Translations under genes and position numbers: made by a program | Assembly: GCA_963793305.1 (NCBI GenBank) | Contig: CAWBZV010000003.1 | Coordinates: 640,001 to 704,000, forward strand | DNA length: 64,000 bases | Source: an uncultured Gemmatimonadales bacterium | Lineage (GTDB): Bacteria; Gemmatimonadota; Gemmatimonadetes; Gemmatimonadales; Gemmatimonadaceae | Direction of reading: 5' to 3' | The notes under the pieces: generated by a model | Told to the model about the DNA's origin: nothing | Seen by the model: the letters and a program-made list of their open reading frames with translations, nothing else | Database searches by the model: none | Part shown: positions 18,883 to 30,200 of the stretch, one piece after another | How positions within the stretch are numbered: the stretch's first letter is position 1 | Layout of the letters: each line of letters opens with the position of its first letter

Positions 18883-20916
18883 TTACTTATGCCGCTTGGC
18901 TCCGGACTGTAAGCACCCGTAGGGAATAGGCTTACCACTCGCCTGCCAGCGAGCGACCCCGGAACCAGAAGGTACGCCAGGCGCCCCAGACTCGAACGCC
19001 AGCCGCACCGTGGAGTCGCGAGACCGCTTGGCGTCAGCGCTGAGCGTATCCGGCTCTGCCTCTCCAGACGCCCGCTCCGCGTCCACCTCGCGCTGAATCG
19101 CCGCGACGTCATAGTGCGCCAGGTCGCTATCCCCCGGCGCTTGGCGCTTGAGCTCCGCCAGCAACGAGTCGCTGAAGAGCGCACCGCGATGATGCGCCTC
19201 GAGGATCTGCGGGGCGGTAATCCCGATCGCGCCCCGGAAATCGGCGCCATCGAGATCGGCGCCGTAGAACGTCGCCCGCTGCAGCCTCGCGCGCGAGAAC
19301 GTCGCGCCCTGCAACAGCGCGTTGTCGAACGACGCCCCACGCAGATCGGCACCCTGCATCCGCGCGTAGCGGAGATTGGCGGCCGCGAACATCGTCCGCT
19401 GGCAGAACAACGTGTCCGATGACACTGCGTCAGTTCGCTCGGCCGTCGGCGTGATATTTCCGCGCGCTTTTCTAAAATCCGTGCTGAACAGGAGCGCCCC
19501 GACAAAGCTGGTGCCAGCGATGTTCGCGCCACGAAGATCCGCGGACCAGAGATCGGCGCCCAGGAGATCCGTGTTGCGCAGATCAGCCAGCGCCAGGAAC
19601 GCCCGCTCGGCCGATGCGAACCGCAAGTTCGTGCCGATGAGCCGCGCCCCCGAGGCCTTGGGGTTCTCGTTCGTCTCGCCCGTGTCCGGCACCGCGGTCG
19701 TCGTGAGCCGTGTCGAGATCTCGCTCTCGGCCAACTGCGCCGTCGGATCGACTCCAGCACGCGACAAGAGCGTCGGCACGAGCGCCTGCCACGCCGGGAC
19801 CGCGCGCCTCAAGCTCGCCGTCGCGGGCCGCGCTTCGGCTACCTGCTCCGACAGCTCCGACTCGCGGCCGCGATACACGCCGTTGATGGCGTAATACGAC
19901 GCCAGGCCGAACACGAGCGGCACGACGAGCGCGACAACCATCGCGGGGACATAGCCGCGCCACGTGGAGCGCTCCGGGCGCCACGCCGTCGGCAGCGTGC
20001 GACCGGCAAGCGTGAGAAATGCCGCCGCGAGGCCGCAGCCCAAGGACAGCGCGATCACCTGGACCGTCGTGATCCCGCCATCGTGCCGATGCAGATAGCG
20101 CATCCAGAACCACGCGATGGTCGCGGGCGCGATCCACCATCCGACGATGATCCAGAGCCACGACTGTGCGCGTCCCAAGAAGCCAATCTTGGACTGATCG
20201 CAGACCCTCGCGGCGGCCCACGCGCCAAAGATCCACGTGCTGGCGCGATCGGCCATCGCCGTGGCATCCGGCAGGACCGCCGGCGACGCCGCCACCGATG
20301 CCCACACGCGCTGCGCCTGCAGCATCGCGACGATCGCGACGCCGACGAGCGCGATCGGCACGAGCACGTAGAAGTTCACGATCGGGATGTCGACGTTCAA
20401 AATCGGCAGCTTCAACGTCGACGAATCCGTGAGCAGCTTCGAGTCGACGGTCGAGTTGATCGTGAGCCACGAATAGACGCAGACCAAGAGCATCGTCAAG
20501 AAGATCTTGCCCGTGCTCTGGGCGATCTCGTTGGCGGCGTCGAACGTGCCGAACTTGACGGAGGGCGGCAGCGTGGCGCCCATGAGATCGGCGCGCGCGA
20601 ATTGCGTTCCGACGACGCCGGTCGCACCCGAGAAATCGGCGTGCTCGAGCTTCGCCCACGCGAATTGCGCGCCGATGAGATTGGCGTTCGTGAGCTTTGC
20701 GCCGGTCATCACGGCATTCGTGAAGTCGACTCCGCGGAGGTCGGCGCCGGAGAGGTCGACATTACGGAGGTCGAGCGCCGACCCCGCGCTCGTCTTCCGC
20801 CAGTCCCCCGCGGTTTTGAGCTCGTCGGCGAGCGTCCGCGCGACCGGTCGATCTCCGACATCGGCAAGCTGTGGAGTGGCGGTGGGCGTGACGACCCGCT
20901 CGATCTCGGTGCTCAT
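18883..20916 (-). CDS. Pentapeptide-repeat membrane protein
   Basis: A(D/N)LxG-type repeats at both ends flanking several TM helices. Confidence 0.88.
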   Translation of the reverse strand: MSTEIERVVTPTATPQLADVGDRPVARTLADELKTAGDWRKTSAGSALDLRNVDLSGADLRGVDFTNAVMTGAKLTNANLIGAQFAWAKLEHADFSGATGVVGTQFARADLMGATLPPSVKFGTFDAANEIAQSTGKIFLTMLLVCVYSWLTINSTVDSKLLTDSSTLKLPILNVDIPIVNFYVLVPIALVGVAIVAMLQAQRVWASVAASPAVLPDATAMADRASTWIFGAWAAARVCDQSKIGFLGRAQSWLWIIVGWWIAPATIAWFWMRYLHRHDGGITTVQVIALSLGCGLAAAFLTLAGRTLPTAWRPERSTWRGYVPAMVVALVVPLVFGLASYYAINGVYRGRESELSEQVAEARPATASLRRAVPAWQALVPTLLSRAGVDPTAQLAESEISTRLTTTAVPDTGETNENPKASGARLIGTNLRFASAERAFLALADLRNTDLLGADLWSADLRGANIAGTSFVGALLFSTDFRKARGNITPTAERTDAVSSDTLFCQRTMFAAANLRYARMQGADLRGASFDNALLQGATFSRARLQRATFYGADLDGADFRGAIGITAPQILEAHHRGALFSDSLLAELKRQAPGDSDLAHYDVAAIQREVDAERASGEAEPDTLSADAKRSRDSTVRLAFESGAPGVPSGSGVARWQASGKPIPYGCLQSGAKRHK

Positions 20917-21578
20917 GACAGCAATTTATCGAGATCGTCATAGAGCGCGCTCACATCGGACCAAATGCGCTCTGCGCCGGCTGCGCGCAGTGCCTCTGCC
21001 GTGTGGCTTCCGGTCAACACGCCGAATGCTCTCACACCAGCGGCAGTCGCGGCCATTGCGTCGTATGGCGTGTCACCGACATAGGCACTCCTCTCAACGC
21101 TGACGCCAAGTCGCTCGACGGCCTTGAGAATAATGTCTGGTGCCGGTTTCGTGGCCTCAACGTCCTCGCCGGTGACGATAACATCTGGTAACTCGAGGGT
21201 GAGGCGTTGGCGCAGTAGTCCCAGCAATTCGCGTGAGTTCGATGTGGCCAGGGCTGTGCGTATGTCGCGAGCGCGAAGCGCCGCGAACAATTCCTGGGCT
21301 TTGGGGAATGTTCGTATGGGCGTTTCGCGCAGATGCGCTCTATACGTCTCAATCCATTGCCGGCCCAATGAGGGACCGAGGCGCCGAGCCTCGTCGGGGC
21401 CAAGGATCGAGTGCAGGAGCCGGTCGCCCCCTTGGCCCACCTCGCGGGCGATGCGATCTGAGGGGACCTGCAAGCCAATGGTGCCTAAGACAATGCGCCA
21501 GACCTCCACGTGAGCCGCGTTGGTGTCGACGAGCGTCCCGTCGACATCGAAGATCAGCGCCTCGATATTAGGTCCCAT
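20913..21578 (-). CDS. HAD-superfamily hydrolase (phosphoglycolate phosphatase-like)
   Basis: LIFDVDGTLVD (motif I), ALATS, TKPAPD, VGDTPYD. Confidence 0.9.
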   Translation of the reverse strand: MGPNIEALIFDVDGTLVDTNAAHVEVWRIVLGTIGLQVPSDRIAREVGQGGDRLLHSILGPDEARRLGPSLGRQWIETYRAHLRETPIRTFPKAQELFAALRARDIRTALATSNSRELLGLLRQRLTLELPDVIVTGEDVEATKPAPDIILKAVERLGVSVERSAYVGDTPYDAMAATAAGVRAFGVLTGSHTAEALRAAGAERIWSDVSALYDDLDKLLS

Positions 21579-22377
21579 GCGACTCGTCCCCGTCACGCCG
21601 GGATCCCGCGCACGGCTCCGTACCTCGGACGCCATGCCGCCCCGCAACATCCCGAACGATCTCGATGAGGCCACCAAGCCATTGATGCACGGGCTCCGAG
21701 ACCAGCAGGAGATGTTGTACGCGGAGGGAAAGCGGTCGCTGCTCGTCGTGCTGCAGGGGCGAGATGCCGCAGGGAAAGACGGCACCGTCAAGCACATCTG
21801 CGGCGCGTTCAACCCGCAGGGCACGCAGGTGACGAGCTTTAAAGTCCCCGTGGGAGAGGAAGCGACGCACGATTATCTGTGGCGCATACACAGAGCGGTG
21901 CCGCGAAAAGGGCTCGTGGGTGTGTTCAACCGGTCGCAGTACGAGGACGTGCTCGTGGCGCGCGTGCACAACCTCGTGCCCCGCGCGGTCTGGTCCAAAC
22001 GATACGCTCAGATCAATGATTTCGAGCGGATGTTGACCGAGAATGGCGTCACCATCGTGAAATTCTTTCTCCACGTCTCGCGCGCCGAGCAAGCCCGGCG
22101 GATTCGCGAGCGGGCGGCCGATCCCACCAAGCAGTGGAAGGTCAGCACATCCAACGTCAACGAGCGCCGGTACTGGCAGGAGTACACCCTCGCGTACCAG
22201 GACGTTCTGTCACGGTGTAGTACCCCGTGGGCACCCTGGTACGTCGTACCGGCAGACGACAAGAAGGCCCGCGATTACCTGGTGGCCGGGGTTCTCCTCG
22301 CTGTTCTGCAGCGAATGAAGCCAGCCTACCCGCCGGCGGACCGAAAACTCGTCGCCCGTGTCAAAAGGTTACGGTAA
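21577..22377 (+). CDS. ppk2: Polyphosphate kinase 2 family (polyphosphate:nucleotide phosphotransferase)
   Basis: LQGRDAAGKDG, SFKVP..EE..HDYLWR, FNRSQYEDVL, KFFLHVS, APWYVVPADDK. Confidence 0.93.
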   Translation: MRLVPVTPGSRARLRTSDAMPPRNIPNDLDEATKPLMHGLRDQQEMLYAEGKRSLLVVLQGRDAAGKDGTVKHICGAFNPQGTQVTSFKVPVGEEATHDYLWRIHRAVPRKGLVGVFNRSQYEDVLVARVHNLVPRAVWSKRYAQINDFERMLTENGVTIVKFFLHVSRAEQARRIRERAADPTKQWKVSTSNVNERRYWQEYTLAYQDVLSRCSTPWAPWYVVPADDKKARDYLVAGVLLAVLQRMKPAYPPADRKLVARVKRLR

Positions 22378-22490
22378 GGCGCAACTAGACAAGTCGTTGG
22401 TCTGTCAGAAGAAAACGGTGACTGGAAGCAAACAACGACTAGTTAACTTCAGGTCAGGCGCTAGATTTCTAGCACAATGAAGTCCTCACG

Positions 22491-22949
22491 ATGAGGCCCT
22501 GGATACTGCTCGCCGCCGCGCTTCAGCTTCGGCCGGTGACCTGGACGGTGACGGCGCCCAAGCCTGTCACCCCCGGATCCACGGTCTCGATTACGCTCGT
22601 GGCGACCATCGATGACGGCTGGCATCTGTACTCGACCACGCAGCCGTCGGGCGGCCCAGTACCTACGCGCATCACCATAGGGACTTCGCCGATATTCGCG
22701 GTGGACGGCGCACTGGCATTCCCAAAGCCAGTCGTCGCCCCGGATCCGAATTTCGGGATCAACGTCGAGACCTACGATCGTACGGTCACGTTCACCGTCC
22801 CCGTGAAAATCGCGGCCGGCGCCCGAGCCGGTGTCGACACGCTGGCGATCCAGGCGCGGTTCCAAGCGTGTAATGCGCAGCTCTGCTTGCCACCACACAC
22901 GCAGACCGTCTCCGTCCCCGTGACGGTGCGCGCGGGAGCGGGCCGGTGA
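22491..22949 (+). CDS. DsbD N-terminal (alpha) domain protein
   Basis: IDDGWHLYS...GGP.PT; FQACNAQLCLPP. Confidence 0.85.
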   Translation: MRPWILLAAALQLRPVTWTVTAPKPVTPGSTVSITLVATIDDGWHLYSTTQPSGGPVPTRITIGTSPIFAVDGALAFPKPVVAPDPNFGINVETYDRTVTFTVPVKIAAGARAGVDTLAIQARFQACNAQLCLPPHTQTVSVPVTVRAGAGR

Positions 22950-24202
22950 TCGGACACTATCTCTGGCTCGCGGTAACCGCCGGCGCGGTCTCGCTGCTGA
23001 CGCCGTGCGTGTTCCCAATGATTCCGATCACGGTCAGTTATTTCACCAATCGCCCTTCCGGTATCCGATCGGCATTGATCTTTGCTGGCGCCATAGTCGG
23101 GTCATTCACCGCCCTCGGTCTCGTCCTCGCGCTGCTCTTTGGCGCGACGGGAGTCCAGCGATTCGCGGCGAATCCTTATCTCAATATTTTCCTCGCCGGG
23201 CTTTTCGTCGCATTCGCGCTGAATCTGTTCGGCGTCTACCAGATCGCCTTGCCGAGCCGCGCCCTGACAGCCCTCGACGCTGCCGCTCGCGGCCGCGAAT
23301 CCTCGGCGGCCGGTGCCATGCTCGTGGGGCTGACGTTCGCGATCACGTCGTTTACGTGCACAGCGCCGTTCGTGGGCACCGTGCTCGTGACGGCCGCGAC
23401 GGGTGCCTGGCGCGAGCCCGCGATCGGCATGCTGGCCTACTCGACGGTCTTCGCGCTGCCGTTCTTTGTCTTGGCGCTGATCCCTCAGTGGGCGGCCCGT
23501 TTGCCGAGAGCGGGTCGATGGCTGGTGTCGGTGAAAGTCGTCATGGGGTTCTTGGAGCTGGCGGCGGCGCTCAAGTTCGTCTCCAACGCGGACCTCGTCT
23601 GGCACTGGGGCATCTTCAACCGCGACGTCGTCCTGGCGTTATGGGTGGCGCTGGCCGGACTCATGGCCGCATACCTGGTCGCCAGCGGCCCCGGCAGTAT
23701 CGCGCGCTTGGCGACGGCCGCGGCTGCGCTGGGCGTCGGGATCTGGCTGTCAACTGGCCTCGTGGGCCGGTCGCTCGGAGAGCTGGAGTCGTTCCTGCCA
23801 CCTCGCGCGAATCAGCGCGACTCGTACGTCCTGAACCTGAACTGGCACGTGAACGACCTGGCGGGGGCGATCGCGCTCGCAAAGCAGAGCTCGAAACCCG
23901 TCTTTATTGATTTTACCGGTTACACCTGCACGAACTGCCGGTGGATGGAGGCGAACGTCTTTGCTCGCACCGAGGTGAAGGCCGAGCTGAATCGGTTCGC
24001 TCTTGCCCGGTTGTTCACCGATGGGGAAGGGCCTGTATACGAGAACCAGCAGGCTTATCAGGAAAAGACCTTCAACACCGTTGCTCTACCGTTGTACGCG
24101 ATAGTCGCCCCTGACGGCCACACTATTGCTACTTTGCCGGGACTCACCAGGGACCCGGCCGTTTTCCTCGCGTTTCTAGAGAAGAGCGCCAGGGTCCAGT
24201 AA
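22946..24202 (+). CDS. dsbD: DsbD/CcdA-type thiol:disulfide interchange membrane protein with C-terminal thioredoxin
   Basis: SLLTPCVFPMIPIT, SFTCTAPF, IDFTGYTCTNCRWME. Confidence 0.9.
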   Translation: MIGHYLWLAVTAGAVSLLTPCVFPMIPITVSYFTNRPSGIRSALIFAGAIVGSFTALGLVLALLFGATGVQRFAANPYLNIFLAGLFVAFALNLFGVYQIALPSRALTALDAAARGRESSAAGAMLVGLTFAITSFTCTAPFVGTVLVTAATGAWREPAIGMLAYSTVFALPFFVLALIPQWAARLPRAGRWLVSVKVVMGFLELAAALKFVSNADLVWHWGIFNRDVVLALWVALAGLMAAYLVASGPGSIARLATAAAALGVGIWLSTGLVGRSLGELESFLPPRANQRDSYVLNLNWHVNDLAGAIALAKQSSKPVFIDFTGYTCTNCRWMEANVFARTEVKAELNRFALARLFTDGEGPVYENQQAYQEKTFNTVALPLYAIVAPDGHTIATLPGLTRDPAVFLAFLEKSARVQ

Positions 24203-24212
24203 AATCTAGAGA

Positions 24213-27200
24213 GTGGCCACCGGACTAACCGGACTTCTGTCACGCCTCGTACCGCGGGCTGACGGGCGAGCGCGCTCGCCCGATGGCGTCTCACCCGACC
24301 GGTTCGCGGGCCCTATACGCGGAGAGCTCCTCGGCACCGAGGGGCTAGCCGAGTACGCGCGCGCGCTGGCCAGGCAGCAGCGCGTGCTGCCGCCATCGGT
24401 CCGTGGCTGGGCGCAGAAGCAGCGCGGCCAGGGCCCGCTGCTGCAGCGGCTCGATGAGACCCGCAAGCTGCTCGACGCCGCGCGCATCACCATCACCGAT
24501 GCCGCCGATCGTGGCGTCGACATCAGCCCGGCCGGCGAGTGGCTGCTCGACAACTTCTACGTCGTGCAGGAGCACGTGCGCGAAGTGCGCGCGAGCATGC
24601 CCAAGACGTACTACCAGGAGCTGCCCAAGCTCGCGGCCGGCGCGCTCGCGGGCTACCCGCGGATCTACGAGGTGGCGATCGAGCTGATCGCGCACACCGA
24701 GGGCTATCTCAAGCCCGAGAACATCGACCTCTTCGTCCGCGAGTTCCAGCGCGGCGCGACGCTCACGACCGGCGAGCTGTGGGCCACGCCGACCATGCTG
24801 CGGCTCGGGCTCATCGAGAACATCCGCCGGATGACGCTGCGCGTCACCCAACGCCTCGATGAGTTGGACTCGGCCGACAAGTGGGCCAAGCGCCTGCGCG
24901 AAGCGTCCGAAGGCGGCGCGCAGAGCCTCTCGGGCGTGCTCGCCGAGTTCGTGAACGACCATCCGCCCCTGACACCGGCGTTCGTCTCCCGGTTCCTGCA
25001 GCAGATCCGGTCGTATCAGTCGAACTTCACGCCGCTCCGCTGGCTCGAGCAGTGGATCGCCGAGGATGGGCTCAACGCCGAGGACGCCGTCACCAAGGCG
25101 AATCAGCGGTTGGCGCTGACGCAGGTCATGATGGCGAACAGCATCACCAGCTTGCGCACGATCGCGCGCCTGGACTGGTCGACGTGGGTCGAGTCGATGA
25201 ACGCCATCGAGGTCATCCTGCGCCAAGATCCGGCGCGGGCGTACGCCTCGATGACGTTCAACTCGCGCGATCTCTATCGGCACGTGATCGAGGACATCGC
25301 CAAGCGCACGGGCTCCACCGAGGTCGACATCGCCGAGCGCGCGCTCGATCTGGCGCGGAAGGCCGTGGGGATCCCGGGTGTCGATCAGCGGCTCACGCAC
25401 ATCGGCTATTATCTCGTCGACGACGGCGTGCGCGAGTTGGAGCGCGCGGTCGCGTACACGCCGCCCTGGCGGGAAGCGCTCCACCAGTGGGTGCTCGCGC
25501 ACCCTGAGCTCGTCTACTTCGGTGGCATCACGCTCTTTACCGCCATCTTGGTCGCCATCCCCTTCATGGCGATCGGGCGCGTCTCGATCGGCGCGTTTCT
25601 GGCGGTGCTCGCCCTGGCCATCATTCCCGCGAACGATATCGCGATCAACATCGTGCACCAGTTGGTCACGATGCTGTTGCCGCCGCGCCTGTTGCCCAAG
25701 CTCGACTTCGAAGATGGCATTCCGTCGGATTACCGCACGGCCGTCGTCGTCCCTACGCTGCTCGGCAGCACGGAGGGCGTCAAAGAAGCGCTGGAGCACC
25801 TGGAAGTTCAGTTCCTCGCCAATCGCGACCCCAATATCTATTTCGCGCTGCTCAGCGATTTCACGGACTCGCCAACCGAGGCGCGCGCCGGCGACGATGA
25901 GATTCTCGCGGCCGCGGTCGCCGGCATTCGGGTGCTGAACGAGAAGTACGCTGCCGACACGTTCTTCTTGTTTCATCGCTCGCGCAAATGGAACGAAGGC
26001 GAGAATGCCTGGCTGGCCTGGGAGCGGAAACGGGGGAAGCTCGCCCAGTTCAACCAATTCTTGCGGGGCGGCGCTTCGGACGCGTTCTCCACCATCGTCG
26101 GCGACACCGCGCCGCTCAGCCACGTCGTCTACGTCATCACGCTCGACTCGGACACCGTCCTGCCCCGCGGCGCGGCTGCGCTCCTCGTCGGCGCCATGGC
26201 GCATCCGGTCAACCGGGCGGTGTACGATCCTGTGAGCGGGCGCGTCGTGCGGGGATACGGGATCCTGCAGCCCCGCGTCGGGATCTCGCTGGAAAGCGCG
26301 AATCGCTCATTGTTCGCGGCAATCGCCTCCGGGCGGCCCGGCGTCGATCCCTATACCACCGCCGTCTCCGACGTCTATCAGGATCTCTTCGCCGAGGGGA
26401 GCTTCACGGGGAAGGGCATATATGATGTCGACGCGTTCGAGAGAGCGACCGAGGACAAGTTTCCCGAGAACGCGCTGCTCTCACACGATCTCATCGAAGG
26501 GACCTACGCGCGGGCCGCGTTGGTCACTGATGTCGAGTTCTACGATGACTACCCGACGCGCTATCTCACGTATACCCGGCGCAAGCATCGCTGGATACGG
26601 GGCGACTGGCAGTTATTGCCGTGGTTATTTGGGCGGCGCCACAAGCTCTCGGCGATTTCCCGCTGGAAAATCTTTGATAACCTGCGACGCAGCGTCGTAG
26701 AGATCGCCGAGCTCGGGTTGCTCGTCGCCGGTTGGACGGTGCTCCCAGGCGGACCGTTCTTGTGGACCGCACTCGTGCTCGCGGGGATCGCGACGCCGTT
26801 CGTGTTCGGGATCGGGCTGTCTGTCGTCTCCCCACCGCAGGGAGACTCCTGGCGCGCCTACTACAAGGCGGTCTGGCGCGACGCCCAATCGTCGATCCAG
26901 CAGTACCTGCTGCTGCTCACGTTCTTGCCGCACCAGGCCTTCGTCTCGGCCGACGCGATCAGTCGCACGCTGTGGCGCATGTTCGTCAGCCACCGGAAGA
27001 TGCTCGAGTGGCAAACCGCCTCGCAGGTCGAGCGGATCATGGCCGGGGGTCGTCAGCCGCGCGAGGTGTGGCGGAAGATGGCGCCGGCCGAGGTGGTCAC
27101 GGCCGTGATTCTCGTGATCGTGCTGACCACGGGCATCGGCCACGCGCACATGGTGCGCTTGCCGAACGGCCTGTACCACATGGGCTCGGCCGTTCGCTGG

Positions 27201-30200
27201 TGGTACCTCGCCGTCACCATGCCATTGGTGATGCTGTGGGCCGTGAGCCCGAGCATCGCGGACTCGTTGAGCGCGCCCGCGGTGCGCCGGGAGCGGCGCC
27301 TCACGGGGGCCGAGAGCTGGACGGCCCTGCGGTATGCACTGCTGCATTGGCACTTCTTCGACCGATTCGTGACGGTCGACACCCAATGGCTGGCGCCGGA
27401 CAACTTCCAGGAGGACCCGTCGCCAGTCGTCGCGATGCGGACCTCGCCGACGAATATCGGGCTCCAGTTGCTGGGCATCGTCAGCGCCTACGACCTCGGA
27501 TTCTTGTCGTCGGGTGCGATGATCGAGCGCCTGGAGCTCGTGTTCCGGACGCTCGAACGCATGGCGCGCTTCCGCGGCCACTTCTACAACTGGTACGATC
27601 TCCGCGATCTCCAGATTCTGGAGCCCGCCTACATCTCGACCGTCGACAGCGGCAACCTGGCCGGCGATCTCATCGCGATCAAGCAAGCGTGTCTCCACAT
27701 CATCGACGAGCCGGTCGTCGACTCGCGCATCTGGGACGCGCTCCAAACGGCGCTAGAGCTCGCGGTCGAAAACCTCCGGTCGCTGGCATCGTCCGGCGAC
27801 GTCTCCAGCCCGAAACAGTGGCAGGCCGTGCTCGAAGCCGGCGAGCGCGTACGCGCCGTGCTGCAGTCGCTGCCCACCCTCACGGGTGCGAACAACACCG
27901 ACGCGCTCTCGGCCAAGACCCTGCAAACCCTCGCCGATCGCCTTCGGGCGGCCGAGCGGGTCGTTGTCGAGCGCACGGAAGAGTTGGCGAACGTCGATCT
28001 CGTACCCGGCCGCGATTGGATCGTGTGGAGCCGGCAGCATCTGGAACGCTGGGCCGCTGACGTAGCGGCCATTGGTGACGGCGCACAGTCACTGCGCCAA
28101 GCCGCCGCGACGTCGTCCCATGCGGCCGAGCAAGTCAAACGCCTGGAAGCGCTGGCGGCGCGAGCGCACGAGTATGCGTTGGAGATGGATTTCCGGTTCC
28201 TGTACGACTCGCGCCGGAAGCTCTTTTCCATTGGCTACCAGGTCAGCGCGGGCGCGCTCGATCCGTCGCTCTACGATCTGCTTGCGTCCGAGGCGCGCCT
28301 GGCGAGTTACTTCGCGATCGCCAAGGGTGATGTGCAGGCCGAGCACTGGTTCAAGCTCGGACGCGGGCTCACGACGGCAGCCGGCGATACGGCGCTGATT
28401 TCGTGGAGCGGGAGCATGTTCGAGTACTTGATGCCCGCGCTCATCATGGAGTCGTTCCCGTTCACGCTGCTCGACCAAACGTACACGGGCGCGGTTCGGC
28501 GGCAGATCGCCTATGGCGCCGAGCGGGGCGTTCCGTGGGGCGTATCAGAATCCGCCTATAACGCCCGCGACCGCCACCAGACATACCAGTATCGCGCGTT
28601 CGGCGTCCCGGATCTCGCGCTCAAGCGGGGTCTCAGCAAGGACCTCGTCGTCGCTCCCTACGCGACCCTGCTGGCGCTCATGATCGAGCCGCACGCCGCG
28701 ATGAAAAACCTGGGCACGCTCGAAAAAGAGGGTGCGCTCGGCCTGTTCGGGTTCAAGGATGCGGTGGATTACACGAGACCGGCGCTGGGATCGAACCACG
28801 CGCTCGTGGGCACCTACATGGCGCACCATATCGGCATGAGCCTGGTGTCGCTCAACAACGCGATTCACTCCGACATCTGGCCCCAGCGCTTCCACGCCGA
28901 CCCGTTAGTCAAGTCGGCCGAGCTGGTGCTGTTCGAGCGGATTCCAAGGCGATTTGTGCTGAGCGAAGCACAGACCGATGAGGGCGATGAGCAGCCGAGG
29001 CGTCGTGGATCGGAGAAACCCTCGGCGCGCACGCTCGACACGCCGAACACGCCCGAACCGCGCGTCACGCTCCTGGGACACGCGCCGTACACCTTGATGA
29101 TCTCGAACGCCGGCAGCGGCTACTCCCGGTTCGAGAACTTCCAGGTCACGCGTTGGCGCAACGACGGCACGCTCGATCGCTACGGCCAGTGGTGCTACCT
29201 GCACGACACGTCAACGGGCCGCGTGTGGCCCGCCGCATACCAGCCGATGGGCGACGATTCCACACCGGACTGGTACCGGTCGACGTTCGCGTCTGACCGC
29301 GCCACATTCTCGCGTCGCGACGGCGATATCGACACGCGGCTCGAAGTGACCGTCGTGCCCGACGATGCGGCCGAGGTGCGCCGGGTCACGGTGACAAACA
29401 ATGGGACGACGGCCAAGGACATCGAGCTCACGACGTACGGCGAGATCTCGCTCTGTCCGCCAGACGCCGATCGCACGCACCCCGCGTTCCAGAACCTGTT
29501 CGTCGAGACCGAGTTCGTCGCACCCCACGGCGCGATCCTCGCCACGCGGCGCCCCCGGTCGGCCGACGAGCGCACACTCTGGTGCGGACACGTCGTCGCG
29601 ACTGGCCCCGAGATCGTCGGCCGCATCTCGTGCGAGACGGACCGCGCGCAGTTTACAGGCCGCAATCGTACGGTACGGAACCCGCAAGCAATGGCGGAGG
29701 CGGGCGCCCTCTCGGGCACGACCGGCGCCGTGCTCGACCCCATTTTCGCGATGCGCGTGTTGATCCGCGTTGGCGCCGGTCAGTCCGCGCGCGTGGCGTT
29801 CACGACGCTGGTCGCGCCGACCCGCGACCGTGCGCTGGAGTTGGCCGACCGGTATCACGACCCGTACAGCGCCCAGCGCGCGCTCGATCTGTCGTGGATG
29901 CACGCGCAAGTCGAGCTCCGCGAGCTGTCGATCACGCCAGCCGACGCGGCGCTCTATCAAGAGCTGGCCGGATATCTCTTCTTCTCCGACCGCGCGGTCC
30001 GGGCGCCCGCGAAAGAGGTCGTGCAGCTCAAGCGCGGCATCGACGCCCTGTGGGCGCATGGCATTTCGGGAGACTGGCCGATTCTGCTGGCCACGGTCGA
30101 CCAGGCGGCCGGCGTCGCCACCGTCAAGGAGCTCTTGCAGGCGCACCAGTACTGGCGCGGCAAGGGCATGATGGTCGACCTCGTTATTCTGAACACCAAC

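Noticed and set aside
18883..20916. Qnr/MfpA-type quinolone resistance protein
   Set aside because: The pentapeptide repeats flank multiple TM helices in a 677-aa protein, unlike small soluble Qnr proteins.
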